Below are positions 1 through 14,620 of a stretch of 64,000 nt of DNA, piece by piece (the first letter of the stretch is position 1; each line of letters begins with the position of its first letter). Source of the DNA: the human T2T-CHM13v2.0 reference genome, Homo sapiens. Location of the stretch: the NCBI RefSeq assembly GCF_009914755.1, contig NC_060927.1, one strand, 5' to 3'. The notes beneath the pieces are model-generated. The model was not told where the DNA came from. It searched no databases and saw only the letters and a program-made list of their open reading frames with translations. The position numbers were made by a program, and so were the translations under genes.

Positions 1-879
1 GGTAAGTCAAACCTATTCTGGCTTGAACCACATTGGGCTAGAGGAACTTTTTTCAGGATATTAATTCCAGTGTTTTTCTAGAATGAGGGCCCACAACCAA
101 TTCGTCATAGAGTCTCCAGGACGGTATCCTGTTCTCTAAATTAGGCAATGTCTAAAGTGTTCTTCAGATGCCTATTAAGTAATGCTATGACCAAATAGTA
201 TCAATTAAAAAGTCAAAAAACCTAGTAGGAATGCAAGTATTGTCTAAATAAAGGCATATGAAATATAGTACAATAAATCTATGTAATAGATCATTAAATA
301 TTTTTTAAGCTCTTTTAATAAGACTTTCAATGGACACACACAGCCAGTCTCTGGCTTACGTCTAAAGGCCCTAAATAGTCAGATCATGAAGCTAGCAAAA
401 AGGTACCTGGTGGTAGATACTGTACGCCAAATATTGAAGAAAATATAACTTTGCAAGCTCAAATCTATAAGGTGGTGGCGGAATTATGAACAGGTGGAAA
501 ACAGTGGGCCAGAGGCCAAAGTAACAGCATTCACAATGGAATACAGCAGTAGAGTTTTCTGGTCAAAGACTTAGAAGCTAAAGGTGAGGTAGTAATTCCT
601 ACCAGGCTTTCATCTCAAATAATGGCAGGACTCACCAACTTAAACACCAAGCTGACTGGACACTCCCTACAGTCACTAAGACTCTTCACAATCACTGTAC
701 TTTGACAGAACTTTTGAAGCATTAAATATATTGCTAAAGGAAGCCAAATACCAGCACATTTCTGCAAAGCGGCAGACACTGCTAGCCGTTCCTCAAGAGC
801 CATCGCCTTCCTTACCAATAGAAGCCCAATTTTGTATACAACAAGAACGTGATCAACTCAAAACTCAATTTCCTCCAAT

Positions 880-1290
880 ATGCATTAACTGATGAATGGT
901 TTATATCCATACAATGGAATATCTGTCAGTAATAAAAAAGAATGAAGTACTGATACATGATACATGAAGGAATTTTGAAAATCCTATGTTAAATGTAAGA
1001 AGCCAAACACAAAAGACCACATGTTGTGTGATTCCGTTTATATGAATGGTCCAGAACAGGCAAATCTATACAGACAAAAAGTAGATTCGTGGTTGCCTAG
1101 AGCTGAGGGTGAGGGTGGAATTGGGAGTGACTGCTAATGGGTATGGGGTTTCTTTTTAGGGTAATAAAAATGAATTAGATTGTGGCGATGATTATACAAC
1201 TCTGTGACTACACTAAAAATCACTGAGAATTACACACTTTAAATGGGTGATACTAGAATTATATCTCAATAAAGCTGTTTTCAAAAAATA
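880..1290 (+). mobile_element. Old L1M 3' end fragment
   Basis: tatccatacaatggaatat...gtagattcgtggttgcc...ctcaataaagctgttt, typical of L1MB/L1MC 3'UTR. Confidence 0.75.
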
Positions 1291-3739
1291 ACAAAATCTA
1301 ATTTCCTGGCATTACCCACCTGTAGCGCATGGAGTGCTCATGTGCGTTCAGGATATTAAGTTGTTGGTGGAAGCATACTACAGGAAGTTAGTAGTTTCCT
1401 CACAAAAAGGACTCAGTAACTCATGCCTCTTGCTTTTTGCCCTTGCTCATCTTCCTATCTGGAACAAGCTCTAGGCCCTTGGGGTCCCTAAGAACCACAG
1501 CATGCTAAAGACGGCAGAGCAGCAAAACAGGAGGAGACTGGCAATGGATGACACCCTGGGATCACTGCATTAGCATTGGTTTATCTCTCTCTGGAGCTGT
1601 TATGGGAGAAAAATGACCTGCCTTTGGTTAAGTGATTATGGTTGAATTTTTCCATTACTTGCAGCTAAATGCTATCCCTAATGATACAAACCTATCTAAT
1701 ATCAGCCTATGCTTATTCTCAGAGCCAAGAAGGCAAAAAGCAAAAAAAGACTCAGAAAGATGTAAAAAAGTTTATTGCAAATGTAACCTTAAGGCACCAT
1801 AGAGTTAATTTCTTTAAGGGTAAACAGTTATTTTATTTTCAAACTATATTTTTTTTCCCAGTTGTAATATACCCCCAGAGGAGTGCTCACTCCTCTAAAG
1901 ACAAATCATTAAAACATGCTTTATTGTTGAAATACTGAGAAACCAAGTATGAACAAATGATGTATTTGTTCAAAGAGAATAATGTTGAACATCATCAATC
2001 CCTATTTCTTTTTTTTTTTAATAAGTTTTTATCAGTATAACAAGAACATCTGGTCTTTGAAAAGTTAGGAGACATCTCCCATTAAAACCTATAGACCTGG
2101 TTAGCCTTAATTTCTTAAAGAACAGCGCTGTCAGGGAGAAAGCAGAGGCTCACCCATATGGTTCACTTACATATAAAATGTATGTTGTCAATATACTTAT
2201 GCAGGATGTTTGTGTGTCTCAGAGAATTAAGTCCAATATTATCTTGAAATATTAAAGGTAAAAATGAAGGTAGAAAAAAATTAATTTAACAAGCAAGTAT
2301 TTACATTTTTATTTTCTAGACCCATAAATTAAATCATCTCTTTTCTACTTTATGAGATGGGGGTGAGGCGCATGGAAGAATAACACCTGGAAAACAATCT
2401 TCCACTAAAATCAATGAATTACTTGACTTGGAATAATTATTGTCAAACTCCAAAAAAAGTTGACCTGTGGGAGTATGAAACAGAATTTACATCAGGCTTA
2501 TTATTCCGGTGGCCAAAGAAATAGCAGGTAGAATAAAGTAAAAAGGTGGTAGCTGGGGGCAGTGGGAGTGGACTTAAGCCAGTTTGGGGATAGGATATGA
2601 ATGGTCTTTCCTACCAACCTGTCTCTTTTTATTTCAAACTTTATCAGTTTATGTTGCATCAAACTTGAACTCTTCAAATATGAGATAATGCTTTTAAGGA
2701 ATTAGAAGACTTCCTTCCTGTTTAAGCCTCTCTAATTGCTCTCCTGTGCAAAATTTAGATATTTTCACTCATTCATTCATTAAATATTCACCCCTACCAT
2801 GTATTGAGCACACCACTAAAGCAATGGAGATTCAGATCTGAGTAAAACACAAGTTCCTATCCTCAAGGAACTCACAGCCAAGTGGTGAAAAATAAACCTC
2901 CATCTTACCTTTGTTAAAGTTCAAATCCAGGGAAAAAGGCTGAAAAGCAACCACGAAGCCTGGAGGAGAGCAGTAAGGTGTGAGAGGCACCTTCTTGGTC
3001 CCAAGGCGGCAGTGTGGGGAGTGCGGGGAGCACGTCATTCTCGGAGAAGGGGAAGGAGCATGCCGAGCGGCGGGAAGCGTGCAGGCCCGAAGTGGGGAGC
3101 AGGAGAAACGGCAGAGCTGAGTGGATACTCTGCCTAGGTCTGAAGTCTACTCTGAAGGCTCCAAGCAGGGACAGCGGCTCAGTTTTATAAAGTGTTACCT
3201 GGGCAGTTGCTGGCTAGAGGGGTTCAAGGCCGAGGCCAGGGAAGCAGCTATGGGCAATCTGGGCAAGGAAACATGACAGCTGCAAGCACAATGAGGGTGC
3301 CAGTCTGAAGTCCCAGGAAAGCCCCTCAACAGAGGCAGGCTGTTGGGTAATGGGACGGTGGCAGTTTTGTGTACCGCCTCCCTTACCTTACCTCCCTCAC
3401 ATTTCTCCCCCAGTAAACACACAACCCTTATACAACAAAAGGGCTCGGGGCCAGAGTGAAAGGCTTTCATGGTTGTGGACCAAATGGCAAGGAAGAGCAG
3501 TGGCCCATACCCCAGAGGGATTTTTCTCCCTCTACCGGATCATTCCCATGAGCCCATGAAACATTTTCTGGCACTGTACCTTCATCTGGAAAACACTCTC
3601 ATCCCTGTCCCTCTTCTCCCGAAAAACCCCCTTTGATCTCCTCTAGTTATTGCTTCATTTCCCTTCACAGCAGGGCTGACAGTGGTAGGCCTTTACGTCC
3701 CCACCTGTGTCCACACTTCGACTTGCTCCAGTCCCCATG

Positions 3740-5030
3740 CTCCTGCCAGTTAACTCCATATTGCCAAATCTGATGGAGGCGTCTCCATTTTGAAACACGA
3801 CCTTTCTTGGGCTCCTGCAACACCTCATTTTCACTTTTTTGTTGTTGCTTTTATCAATTACAGTGGCTTTTCCTGTCTTTGTTATCTCTTCTTTCTTCAC
3901 TAGCTGGAACTGAAGGTTAGAATGCTCAAGACTCAGTCCTAGGACCTCCTCTCCATCTATACACTCTCTCCCTATCAACTCCATCCAGTACCATGGCTTT
4001 AAAAATAGTCTATATGCTATACTCCTACATTTGTATGTTCAATGAGACCTTCCCTGAGCTGCAGACTCTCATCTATCAAAAATCTCCATACAGATGATCA
4101 ACTGGCATCTCAAACACAGTCTACACCAAATTATGGATTTCTCTGGCCAATGCAAAATTCAGTTTCTCCTAGATTTTTCCCCATCTCAGTATATAGCTTG
4201 GCCATAAAACCAGATGCTCAAGCCCCAAATCAATTAGTCATTCCTCACCTCCCCGCTTCCTTCTTCACCCCACCGTCAACATCCAATGGATCCAGGTCCT
4301 GGTGTATCTTCAAAACATATCTCCAATCTGCCCCTTCTCTCTGTATCTCCTCACTACTCAAAGTGGTCCAAACCACTATCTTTTCTTTTCTGAACTATGC
4401 AACGGCTTCTTAAAGGGTCTCATTACTTCTTCCTTTGAATTCTCACAATCCAGTCTTCACAGAGGAGATGGCACAACCTTTTCAAAATGACAAATCAGAT
4501 CATATCGCTACTTACTTGAAAAATCCTCAAATGAATTCCCATTGTATTCAGCAAAAAATATAAATGTATGCCACAGCTTACAAAGACCTGCTTCTTTGTA
4601 CCACTCCCTTCCCTAACTACATTCTAGCCACGCTAGCTACCTTTCTCTTTTTCCAACAGCAGCAGCAGCTAGAGAATGAAGGGGAACGGCTGAGATTGGA
4701 GGCCAGCTTGCTTCTGCTTTAAGGCTTCTGCAATTATGTGCCTTCTGCCTCTGTGTTCTCATGGCTGGCTGCTTCTTGCCATTCAGATCACAATTCAAAT
4801 GCCACCTGCTTAGAGAAGCTTGGCTAATTATGACGTCTAAAGTTACACTCTCTAATATCACTCTATTATTTCTATCATAGCACTTACCAAAATCTTATTT
4901 ATGTTCATTACCTGTTTTTCTTAACTAGAATGCAAAATCTAGAAAGGGAAGAACCTCATCTATCTTGTTCCCTGCATTATCCCGAGAGCCAGGATACAGT
5001 GGGCACTCAATAAATATATACTGAATGAGC
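3740..5030 (+). mobile_element. L2 LINE 3' portion
   Basis: Pyrimidine-rich L2-like body ending ggcactcaataaatatatactgaatga. Confidence 0.7.
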
Positions 5031-6262
5031 AACCCAATCCTCCCTCTATCAATAAAAAAAAAAAAAATTTCTAGAACAGGAGGATTACAAGAAAAAACAG
5101 AATAGAATGCATCTCTAGGTCACCAGAGCCAGCTTATAATACCACAACACTGCTTTGTCAATTTGCTTCTTTTCCATAAAAATTATATTTTCTGCAAAAT
5201 CAGTAAAATGTAAAACTTCAGTAACATTCACAATCTACAATAAAACTACTGGAAGAAGATGAGTCAGGGAGATCTTATAACTGCTCTTTCCTTCCCATGT
5301 CAAAGACTCCAAGTAGCTCACCAAGAAAAATCTACTACAATAAAAATACATACATAAAATAAAAGTGCTCACAAACACAAAAAGATAAGGTTACAGGCAC
5401 CACACCATCCACCAAACTGAGGACATTTCTTACAATCTGCTAATTGGGAGTAGAAGTCAGGTGTCAGTACTTATTTTTTTTTTAAAATAGATCATGTACA
5501 TGTTAAGAAACTGTGATTTCTAAACAATGCACTCACTTGAACATGAAATAAGAATGCCCTGAATACTGGAAGGGACGCTTGAGTTGAACCACTCCATGTG
5601 GAAAATACACAGTAAGTGCTGTAAATGTTGACTGAATGCCTTCTAAGAATGCAGGTTATGAATGAAAATATAATTTACAAATGGTTCAAAGGGACCTTTT
5701 AAAAAACAGTACTCCAGGGACTGGCTTCATATGAGTATTTCATAAAACCAAAGAACTGTTAATAAATGTACACAGAAAATCATGCCCTTGGCTTACTTGT
5801 GGAAAACCAGGTACTATGTGAGCTATTTTTCCCGATGTGCTGCTGATTCATAAGGCTTTTTTAAAAACAGCAAAAGCCTCCAACTGCTACACATTCTCCC
5901 TTATATACCTCTGAAGATGGGAGTAGTGGCAGGTACCTGCAGGCCTAGCTATTTAGAAAGCCCATTCAACTCTGCTTTAGGCCAACTAAAACTGAGCATA
6001 AATACATACATATCCCTTACTTGCTGGTTCTGGAGAAATGTTTCAGTGTTTTAATACTTCCTTATAACATTAATTCCAACTTTTTACTAGAACCTGGAGT
6101 CTGAGCCAGCTTAACTGTGTTAGGGCTTTGGAACTTGACTGGAACATCATGAAATAAAACACAAATGTCTGGCTGTTGAATGTTCAAAGACTTACCAGAC
6201 ACAATAACCAATCATTCATTATGAAAAATAATTTCAATACTGTCATAATATAAAACAAATCC

Positions 6263-6268
6263 TTTAAT
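6263..6268 (-). terminator. Distal polyadenylation signal ATTAAA
   Basis: Plus-strand tttaat about 1 kb past the stop codon. Confidence 0.55.
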
Positions 6269-6968
6269 TTTTCAAGTGTTTAAAAAACAATTTTATACTT
6301 AAGCCAGCCTTGAAGATAAGCACAAAATTTACCAGTTTACATTTAAAAAACAAACAAAAAACGACAACAACTCAAGCACCCGCTCTGTGCATAGCACTAT
6401 TCTAGGTGCAATAAAAGGGAATCTTAACCTTAGAAATATGAGTTCACTTTCTGGAATTGTATTATCTCCTTTTCCAGAGAGTAAAAATAAATAAAATCAC
6501 CATTGTTTACTACAGATCTGCCCCAAACCACATCTGGTTCACAGAAAGGCTAATTTCTGCCAAATTAAAGATGTAATGAACTCAGTTCCTGCTTTCCCAA
6601 AAACACGAAAGCAGAATTCCTTTTCACTGAAAAAAATAAACAGTTTTCCATGCAAGGGCAGTTTGCTTCTAATAAGTATTTTTTAAAAAATTTTTTTTTC
6701 CTCTAGCTTTTCTTTAAATTTTCTTCCTCTAATATTGCCTTTTCTTGTACAAGGCAGACCAGGTATCTTTTTATGCTGTTTTTCCTTTACTAAGAAAAGT
6801 ATTGCATCTTGAAGACAAACCATTTCCCAGAGTAGTGATAAAAAATAACACTAAAAAAACTTTAAAGGTGAGTCACTTACATCACCTTGATGAAGTAAAA
6901 AAATAAAAAGCAGTTGGCACTAAGATAGCTAATTCCAAATATCTGTGTCTAAACAATTTTAAAAACTG

Positions 6969-6978
6969 TTTATTTATT
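6969..6978 (-). terminator. Proximal overlapping polyadenylation signals AATAAATAAA
   Basis: Plus-strand tttatttatt about 290 nt past the stop, with a U-rich tract downstream in transcript sense. Confidence 0.55.
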
Positions 6979-7265
6979 TTGTAAGAATGTACCCCTAGTC
7001 CAAAGTAAGTATGTTTTAAAAAATTTTGGCCAAAAAATTTACAAAAACCCTTTCAGTTCAACCTAATAAAAGTGATATCTAGAAAATATGCCACATTATT
7101 AAGTCTGTCTTAAAAAGTTCAGATTCTAAAGCATTTCTAAGGCACGGTGTTCTGGAAGACAAATGTGCTTCTGTTGGCGTTGTGTTAGATACAAAGCATC
7201 CCTGACAGGCTTCAAGTGAGCCCCGACAGGCACCTTCTTCCTGATGGTGTGGGATTGGAGAGGAG

Positions 7266-7377
7266 TCAGACGTAGGCCCCCAGGGCTGCATGAAACTCTG
7301 TTAGGCACTGTACCAGCTGCTGAAACTTGGGCCTCTCCTCTGGATCTAAGGCCCAGCAACAGGCCATCACAGCAAAT
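7266..7377 (-). CDS. RYK: RYK terminal exon 15, coding part
   Basis: Encodes FAVMACCWALDPEERPKFQQLVQCLTEFHAALGAYV then TGA at 7266-7268; C-terminal AYV is the PDZ-binding tail. Confidence 0.97.
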
Positions 7378-8349
7378 CTGCAGAGTGACAAAAATGAAAA
7401 TTTGGGCTAGTAAGGATACAGTATTCATAACTTTTGCTCAGTTTGATGCCAGTTATGTTGCCTGTCTAAAGGTGGGTATGGAGAGGATGATATATTAAAA
7501 ACGGATCCATTTTACTATCTGTTGGCAGCTCTAGAAAGAAGCTAAAAGAAATTATTTGGATTATGTGTGAATTTCAATTCTTCATGACAACATATCAAAA
7601 TATTTCAGCAAATACAGAGATTTCATGTAAAAACCTAAAACACAGTAAAAAAAGAATGTGTGTTTTCCTGTAGTTAAATTAAGAAAAGAACTTGGAGGAA
7701 GAGAAAGTTTTATCTAAGTTCTATGAACCCTGGATCTAGAGTAAAATCAGTACAAAAGCTGCCACCTTGTCATGGTGCAGAAACCTTCAGGAGGTTCTGG
7801 AACTGAGAATATACTCATCTGTACGATCAATCACCCTGAATAGCCTCCTGTTTATCCCATTCTCATTACATGGCAAGATAAGCTATGTGATAGAAGCAGG
7901 AAACAGAAAGCAACTATTTGGCTTACTAGTCCAGATCATCTTCCCTGTATCAGCTGATACTAACTGGCAAGGCAAAATGACAACGAGAGAGGTTTTTTAT
8001 AACTACTATGTCCTTTATAACTACTTTATAACTATAAAAGTCAGATACTCACTTTATATAGAATAACTGACGTAGCATTCAATTTTCTTAGTACGTCCTC
8101 TCAGACTAATTTATAGTGCTTAGATTATGCACTATAAAATAAAATGCAAGACGTTCTAATATCAAATGCATGAAAGAGTGAACGAATCTCCCTGACTTTG
8201 TGGTTTTTTATAAGAGTCTAATTTAAATCCAAAGAGTCATTATTCTCAAAAGGGAAGGCTCTGTGTGAATATGGAAACCTGCTCTTTTTCCTTTATTCCA
8301 ATATAGTAAATGGAATAAAACTCATGCCTTCAAGCTCAAAAAAACTCAC

Positions 8350-8486
8350 AATTCATCAGGACAGTTGATTGGCTGGGCTATTCGGTAACCATCTTTCAGG
8401 TATGCGGCCATCTCGAAGGGGTCAATGTCCACGTAGGGAGTCTGGCCCAGAGTCATGAGTTCCCACAGCGTCACTCCAAAGGCCCA
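8350..8486 (-). CDS. RYK: RYK exon 14
   Basis: Encodes WAFGVTLWELMTLGQTPYVDIDPFEMAAYLKDGYRIAQPINCPDE; ctag| and |gtgagt; 137 bp. Confidence 0.97.
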
Positions 8487-9695
8487 CTAGTAAAGGAGCA
8501 GAAGCACAATGAGGGGACATTTAAAACAACAGTCAGGGGGCTAGCGCCCACAGCCAGCTACAGGACAAAAAATAACAGCTCAACTCATGCTTTGGAAAAG
8601 CGAAATGTTATTTACAAAAAAATGTCTATCATACACAGTTAGTTTCCCTTGCTAAGATAAAAAAGAGTGCATCCAATATTAGTATTATAAATTCTAAGTA
8701 ATTAGATCCATTGGAAGTAATAGTTTACTGTTGATTACAAGCTACGTATTATGAATTATGTCCAAGATTCTTCTAATATGAGAATTTGTAACTTTAAATA
8801 TTATAGCTAGTCTGCATAATTGAGAAGTGGAAAATGAACAGAATTTTAGTTTAATTAAAGGGAAGAGCATCCTAAGTGAAATACGCAAATGAGGGGAAAT
8901 ATAAGAAGTCATGGATTTTTACTGTATTTAAAGTTTTAAATTAAAGGATTAAAAAAACTTCCAACCTTGCTTGAGTAAGCAATCAGGTTTATTTAAAATC
9001 AGCAGGTAAACTACAGAAAGGAACAGGAATAGTAAACAGTGGCAACAGTGTCCATTCATGGTCCGTTCGGGGCTCTCCATTTTGGCCAATTCCTGGCTGT
9101 ACTTGGCTCCTGGAGAGCGTGCAGGGGGCGGGGGGCAGGCAACGTCTCTACACAGAGCTGCTGCCACATGGCTGGGAAGGACTCAGATCCGGTACATCCA
9201 CTGATCTGCCGCCAAGTGTGAACCCTGAGGTCAGAACAACTGAACTTGGATGAGGAGGGGGATACCTGTGTACTGTAGTATCAGGTTTATGAGTACCTAC
9301 AAATTCAAATCATTTTGCATCCTTCAATACATTTAATTTCCTCAATAAACCTGTGAGAATCATTGGTAGCTCAATTTTACAGGTGAGAAAACTGAGGCTC
9401 AGAGAAATAGCTTGCCCCAAAATACATATTTTAATGAGTAAAAGAGAAAAAAGTGAAAAAAAGAAAAGGAAAAAAGAGAAATACCAAACGCAAGTCAAAT
9501 ACAAGTCTGTTTGTAAAATCTAAGCATGTTGCATTAAATTTTAGGTTATTATTTTTCAATAACAAAATCCCAAAATACTTTGTAAAATACACAGATTTTT
9601 TTAAAAGCCTTATAATAGTGAACAATAGCTACATTTCCCCCCAGAATCTATGCAAACAAGAAAACAATGAAATGACATATTTTAAAATATTTTAG

Positions 9696-9991
<296 letters not shown>

Positions 9992-10409
9992 TCATGGAAA
10001 GTTCTATATAGAGCCAAAATATACTTCAACAATGAAGATAAATACAGAGTTTTTCAGACAAATAAAAGCAGAGAGACTATGTTTCCAGCAGACCTGTAAG
10101 ATGTATGAAAGCAGTTCTTCATGTGGAAAGAAAATATACCACATGGAAATCTGAGTCAACACAAAGAATACAGAGTGCTGAAAATATATTAGTAACAACT
10201 GAACATATTCTCTTATGTTAAAATTTCCTTGACAGACTATTTAAAGCAAAAACAGCTAACAATATATCGTGGGGTTTATAATATACAGAGAAGTAAAAGG
10301 TATGCCCACAACCAGTTTGAAGACTGGAAGGGGATGAATGGAAACACTATATTAAACATGAAATGATATAATATTTTTGGAAAATAGAAGGTTTACACTA
10401 TAAAGCCTA

Positions 10410-10647
10410 GAGTAGGTTTTTTAACCTCAGCACTACTGATATTGTGGGCTGGAGGATTCTTTGCTGTGAGAAGCTGTCCTGTGCATTGTAGGATGTTTAG
10501 CATTCTCCCTGGGCTCTACCCACTAGATGATAGTAGCACATCCTCCAAGCTGTGACAACCCAAAATGCCTCCGGACATAGCCAAATGTCCCTTGGCACAG
10601 ACAAATGTCCTTAGCCAGAGCAAAACTGTCCCAGTTAAGAACCACTG
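10410..10647. mobile_element. MER20 (hAT-Charlie) inside an old L1M fragment
   Basis: aacctcagcactactgatatt...tgtcctgtgcattgtaggatgtttagc...agttaagaaccactg. Confidence 0.8.
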
Positions 10648-10946
10648 TGTTAGACTGAACAACAACAAAAAATTTAAAATATCAGAAATAAAGGAGGGAA
10701 CACCATCCTTTAAGACATCAAAAAATATTATGAACAATCCAATTTTATGCCAATAAATTCAGCAACTTAAATGAAATAAACAAATTTCTTAAAATACAAA
10801 TTACCAAAACAGACACAGGAGTAAACAGAACATCTATATAGCCCTACATCTATTAAAGATACTGAATTCACAATTCAAAACCTTTCCACAAAGAAAACTC
10901 AACACTGTTTGGTGAATTCTATCAAACTTGAAAGAAAATATAAATC

Positions 10947-11393
10947 TGTATTAGTTTTCTAGGGCTACCATAATAACATACCACAAACGAGTAGTTTAAA
11001 CAACAGAAATTTATTGTCCCACTGCTCTGATAGCTAGAAGTCCAAATCAATGTGTCAGCGTGGCTGTGCTTCCCCGGAAACCTGTAGGGGGAATCTTTCC
11101 TTGCCTATTCCCAGCTTCCTGTGGTTGCCGGAAGCCCCTGGTGTGTCTTGGTTTGCAGCTGCAGCCCTGCAGTCCCTGCCTCTATCTTCACGTGACATTT
11201 TCTCCTCATGTGTGTGTCTCTTTTCTTAGGGTGGATTAGAGCTCATACTCATTGAGTATGACCTCATCTTAACGTTACATCTGCAATGACCCTATTTCCA
11301 AATAAGGTCACATTCTGAGGTACTGGGGGTTAGGGCTTCAACCATTTTTTTTTTTTTTTGGTGGAGACGCAGGACACAATTCAACCCATTACA
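10947..11393 (-). mobile_element. MLT1-family MaLR solo LTR
   Basis: tgtattagttttctagggct...acacaattcaacccattaca termini. Confidence 0.8.
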
Positions 11394-12996
11394 CACCCAA
11401 CCCTACGTAAACTTTCAGAACACAGAGGAAGGAATATATCTCATTCACTTTGACAGCAGCATTACCCTAAATACCAAAAACAGGTGGTCAGCCTTTTGGA
11501 ACCTATTATCTTTTTCATTAACAGTGATCATTAACATGGAGCAAAGTCCAGCCTTGAAGTCTATGCTCTGGGAGGAGGGGGCAGGCGACAGATGGAGAAG
11601 CGTGTATAGTTTCAAAATCTCCACAGAGTCTTGGAGGCTACTGAAATTTCCCTTACACCTACTGGGACATTCTATTCTGCTTAAAAATGGAAAAATGATT
11701 TCAAATTAATAAAAGTTAAAGGATGGTGCCTGCTCACAACTAGTTATTTGCCTATCTTTAAAACCTTACTGTATATGAAACTTTTTTCTGAGAAGCAACA
11801 AGATCTACATGAAATCTTAATACTGACAGTCATTAGTAAATGCAATGCTTTATTTTTAAAATCGTGTCCAATTTCCATAGAGAAGGTAGTTCCCTGCACA
11901 GATGGAACAGAGCCCAAAGAAATGAAACTGGTCGGAAGGGTGCTCCCATCCCTTCCTCCAGAGATGAAATGATCCATTCAAACTAGATTTTGGAAGAAGA
12001 AACCATGGGAATTGGTGACAAGTGCATCCTGACTCTTTGTACACAGGGAATAACCCCATCCACTGACATTATAACACCTTCTGACTTTAAGGGACTTTGA
12101 TATTAAAGTTGGTGGTATTTGAGATCTGGAGTTGAATGTAAGTATTACAGCAGCAATGTAGATAAGCTTTTAAAAATTACTCCCTTCCCACTGTTTTGTT
12201 CACATTACTGCCCAACATTTACCTAAGGTTTTCATATTACAACTACAACACTAAAAGACGCCATAAAAAAGAACAGTCAAGCCAAAGGGAACAATGCAGT
12301 TTCATTTCCTTAAAAACTAACAAAAGTGATTAATTACATGTTGGCAAACCAACCCTTAAAAAAATAATCAAGACAAAATGGCGCAGAGATGATTTGTGGA
12401 AAACTTGCTCTCTAAAGTCTTCCGATAACTGAACCATTTAAAATTTAGACAGACTTATTCTATAATTTCCTTCTGTTTGACGTCGGTGGAAAGGGGGCAA
12501 TAAGAAGGTCATGCTGTTCTTTCCAGAGTTTTACGAAAGATTGTGGCTATCTCCATTTAAAGAACATTTAGATAATTATAATGTTATTCTATTCATCTTA
12601 TTCCTCTCCCCAGAACATGTTATTTTACAGCTTCTATATATAAGATGTAAAACAGTTTTTCCACTAAAACATATATGAATGTGACTTGTCAAAAAGTATG
12701 TAAGTAAAATTCCTTTTTTCTTTTAGTGCAGCATTAACTAAAGATGGAGCTACTGAATTAAGACATTTCCAGTGATTACTTCAGGAACTTACAATGCAAG
12801 GCTCACTTCAGTAAACTATAAACTGAAAGGAAAATAATTCCATTCAATTGTAAATTATCTTATCTGACCACAGTGGAAGCATCATCAGGTGGTCCATGGC
12901 TAGGCCTTTCTGTTCATATTAGAAACCTAATATCCCTTTCTCACATAAAGACATGGCTGCAGATTACCAAAGTGCAATTAAATGAACCTGGGTTAA

Positions 12997-13293
<297 letters not shown>

Positions 13294-13329
13294 TAAATTT
13301 AGCAAGTAGTCCTAGATTTGTTAGCAGCA

Positions 13330-14620
13330 GTGATCAGACAGTAAAGACAGTTTTCATTTATTTTTATTGTAGTACAGCTGACACATAAGAAATTGCACAT
13401 AAAGTATTCCACTGGATAAGTTCTGATATACATAAACACTCCTGAAACCACTGCCACAACCAAGATAAGGAGCATATCTATCACTTCCAAATGATTCTGT
13501 TTTGATCCTTTCCTTCCACCCCTCCCTACCACCAGCACTACCATCCCCAAGTACCCACTAATTTGCTTTCTGTCACTAGATAGTTGGCGTTTTCTAGAAT
13601 TATATAAATAGAATTATTCAAGCTGTATACTGTTTTCCTAGCTTCTTTTACTCAGAATGATTCTGAGATTCATCCGTGATGTAGCATGTACCAACAGTTC
13701 ATTCCTTTTTATTTAGTAGTATAGCTCGTTATATGAATACTGCAGTTTACCCATTTACCTGTTGATAAGCATTTGAATTATGTTCAGCCTTAGCTATTAA
13801 AAATAAAGCTGCTATGAACATCTGCGTAGTGTTGGTAAGAACATGTTTTCATTTATCTAAGAGCAAAATGACTGAATATGGTACATACATATTTAACATT
13901 TTAAGAAATTGCCAAGCTGTTTCCCAAAGTTTGGAAATATCCCATTTTACATTCCTGCCAGCAGTGTAAAAGAGCTCTTGTTCTTTCATATCCTTGTCAA
14001 TATTTGGTATGGTCAGACTTTTCAATTTTAGCCAAACCAACAGTATCTCATTGTGGTTTAATTTTGCATTTCCCTAATGAATGACTAATAATGTTGATAA
14101 TATTTTTCAAACTTGGAGAGAATATCTTGAGTTTTCTGACCAAGGCAAAAAGGGTGTACCTCTCCTATTGTGTATGTATTATTTAATTTCTCTCAGCAAT
14201 GTATTGTATAGCTCTTTCACATTTTTTGTCAGATTTATTCCTGAGAACTTCGTATTTTTGATGTTCTTATAAACTTTTTTAAAACTTTATTTTTCATTGT
14301 TAGTGTTCAAAAATACAATTTATTTTTGTACACTGATCTTGCAATCTTTCTAAACTCACTTATTAGTTTTAGTAGCTTTTTTGTATATCATACTGAATTT
14401 TCTACATAAATGATCATACTATTCTGCAAATAGTTACTTTTTTCTATCTACTCTTTTCTTCCCTTAGTGCACTGGCTATAATCTTAAGGACAGTGCTGAG
14501 TAACAGAAGTGGTAAGAGTGGGCAACCTTGTCTTGTTCCTGGTATTAAATAAAAACAATTCAGCCTTTCACCACTAAATATGTTAGCTATAGGTTTTTCT
14601 GTAGACGCCCTTTACCAGGC
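13330..14620 (-). mobile_element. Old L1M 3' region
   Basis: Antisense L1 3'UTR/ORF2-end motifs (ccatttacattcctgccagcagtg, tcagcctttcaccacta). Confidence 0.75.

Larger units (their letters stand above)
6245..7265 (-). other. RYK: RYK 3'UTR (distal end approximate)
   Basis: AU/U-rich sequence following the stop codon, with no recognisable repeats, ending near an ATTAAA hexamer. Confidence 0.75.

Noticed and set aside
1760-6240. Possible extended RYK 3'UTR ending at minus-strand AATAAA near 1772 or 1920
   Set aside because: Such hexamers are frequent in AT-rich DNA and the interval contains L2 sequence; cannot be supported without transcript data.
7079-7498. Overlapping ORFs around the last exon
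   Set aside because: Alternative-frame or antisense shadows of RYK exon 15.
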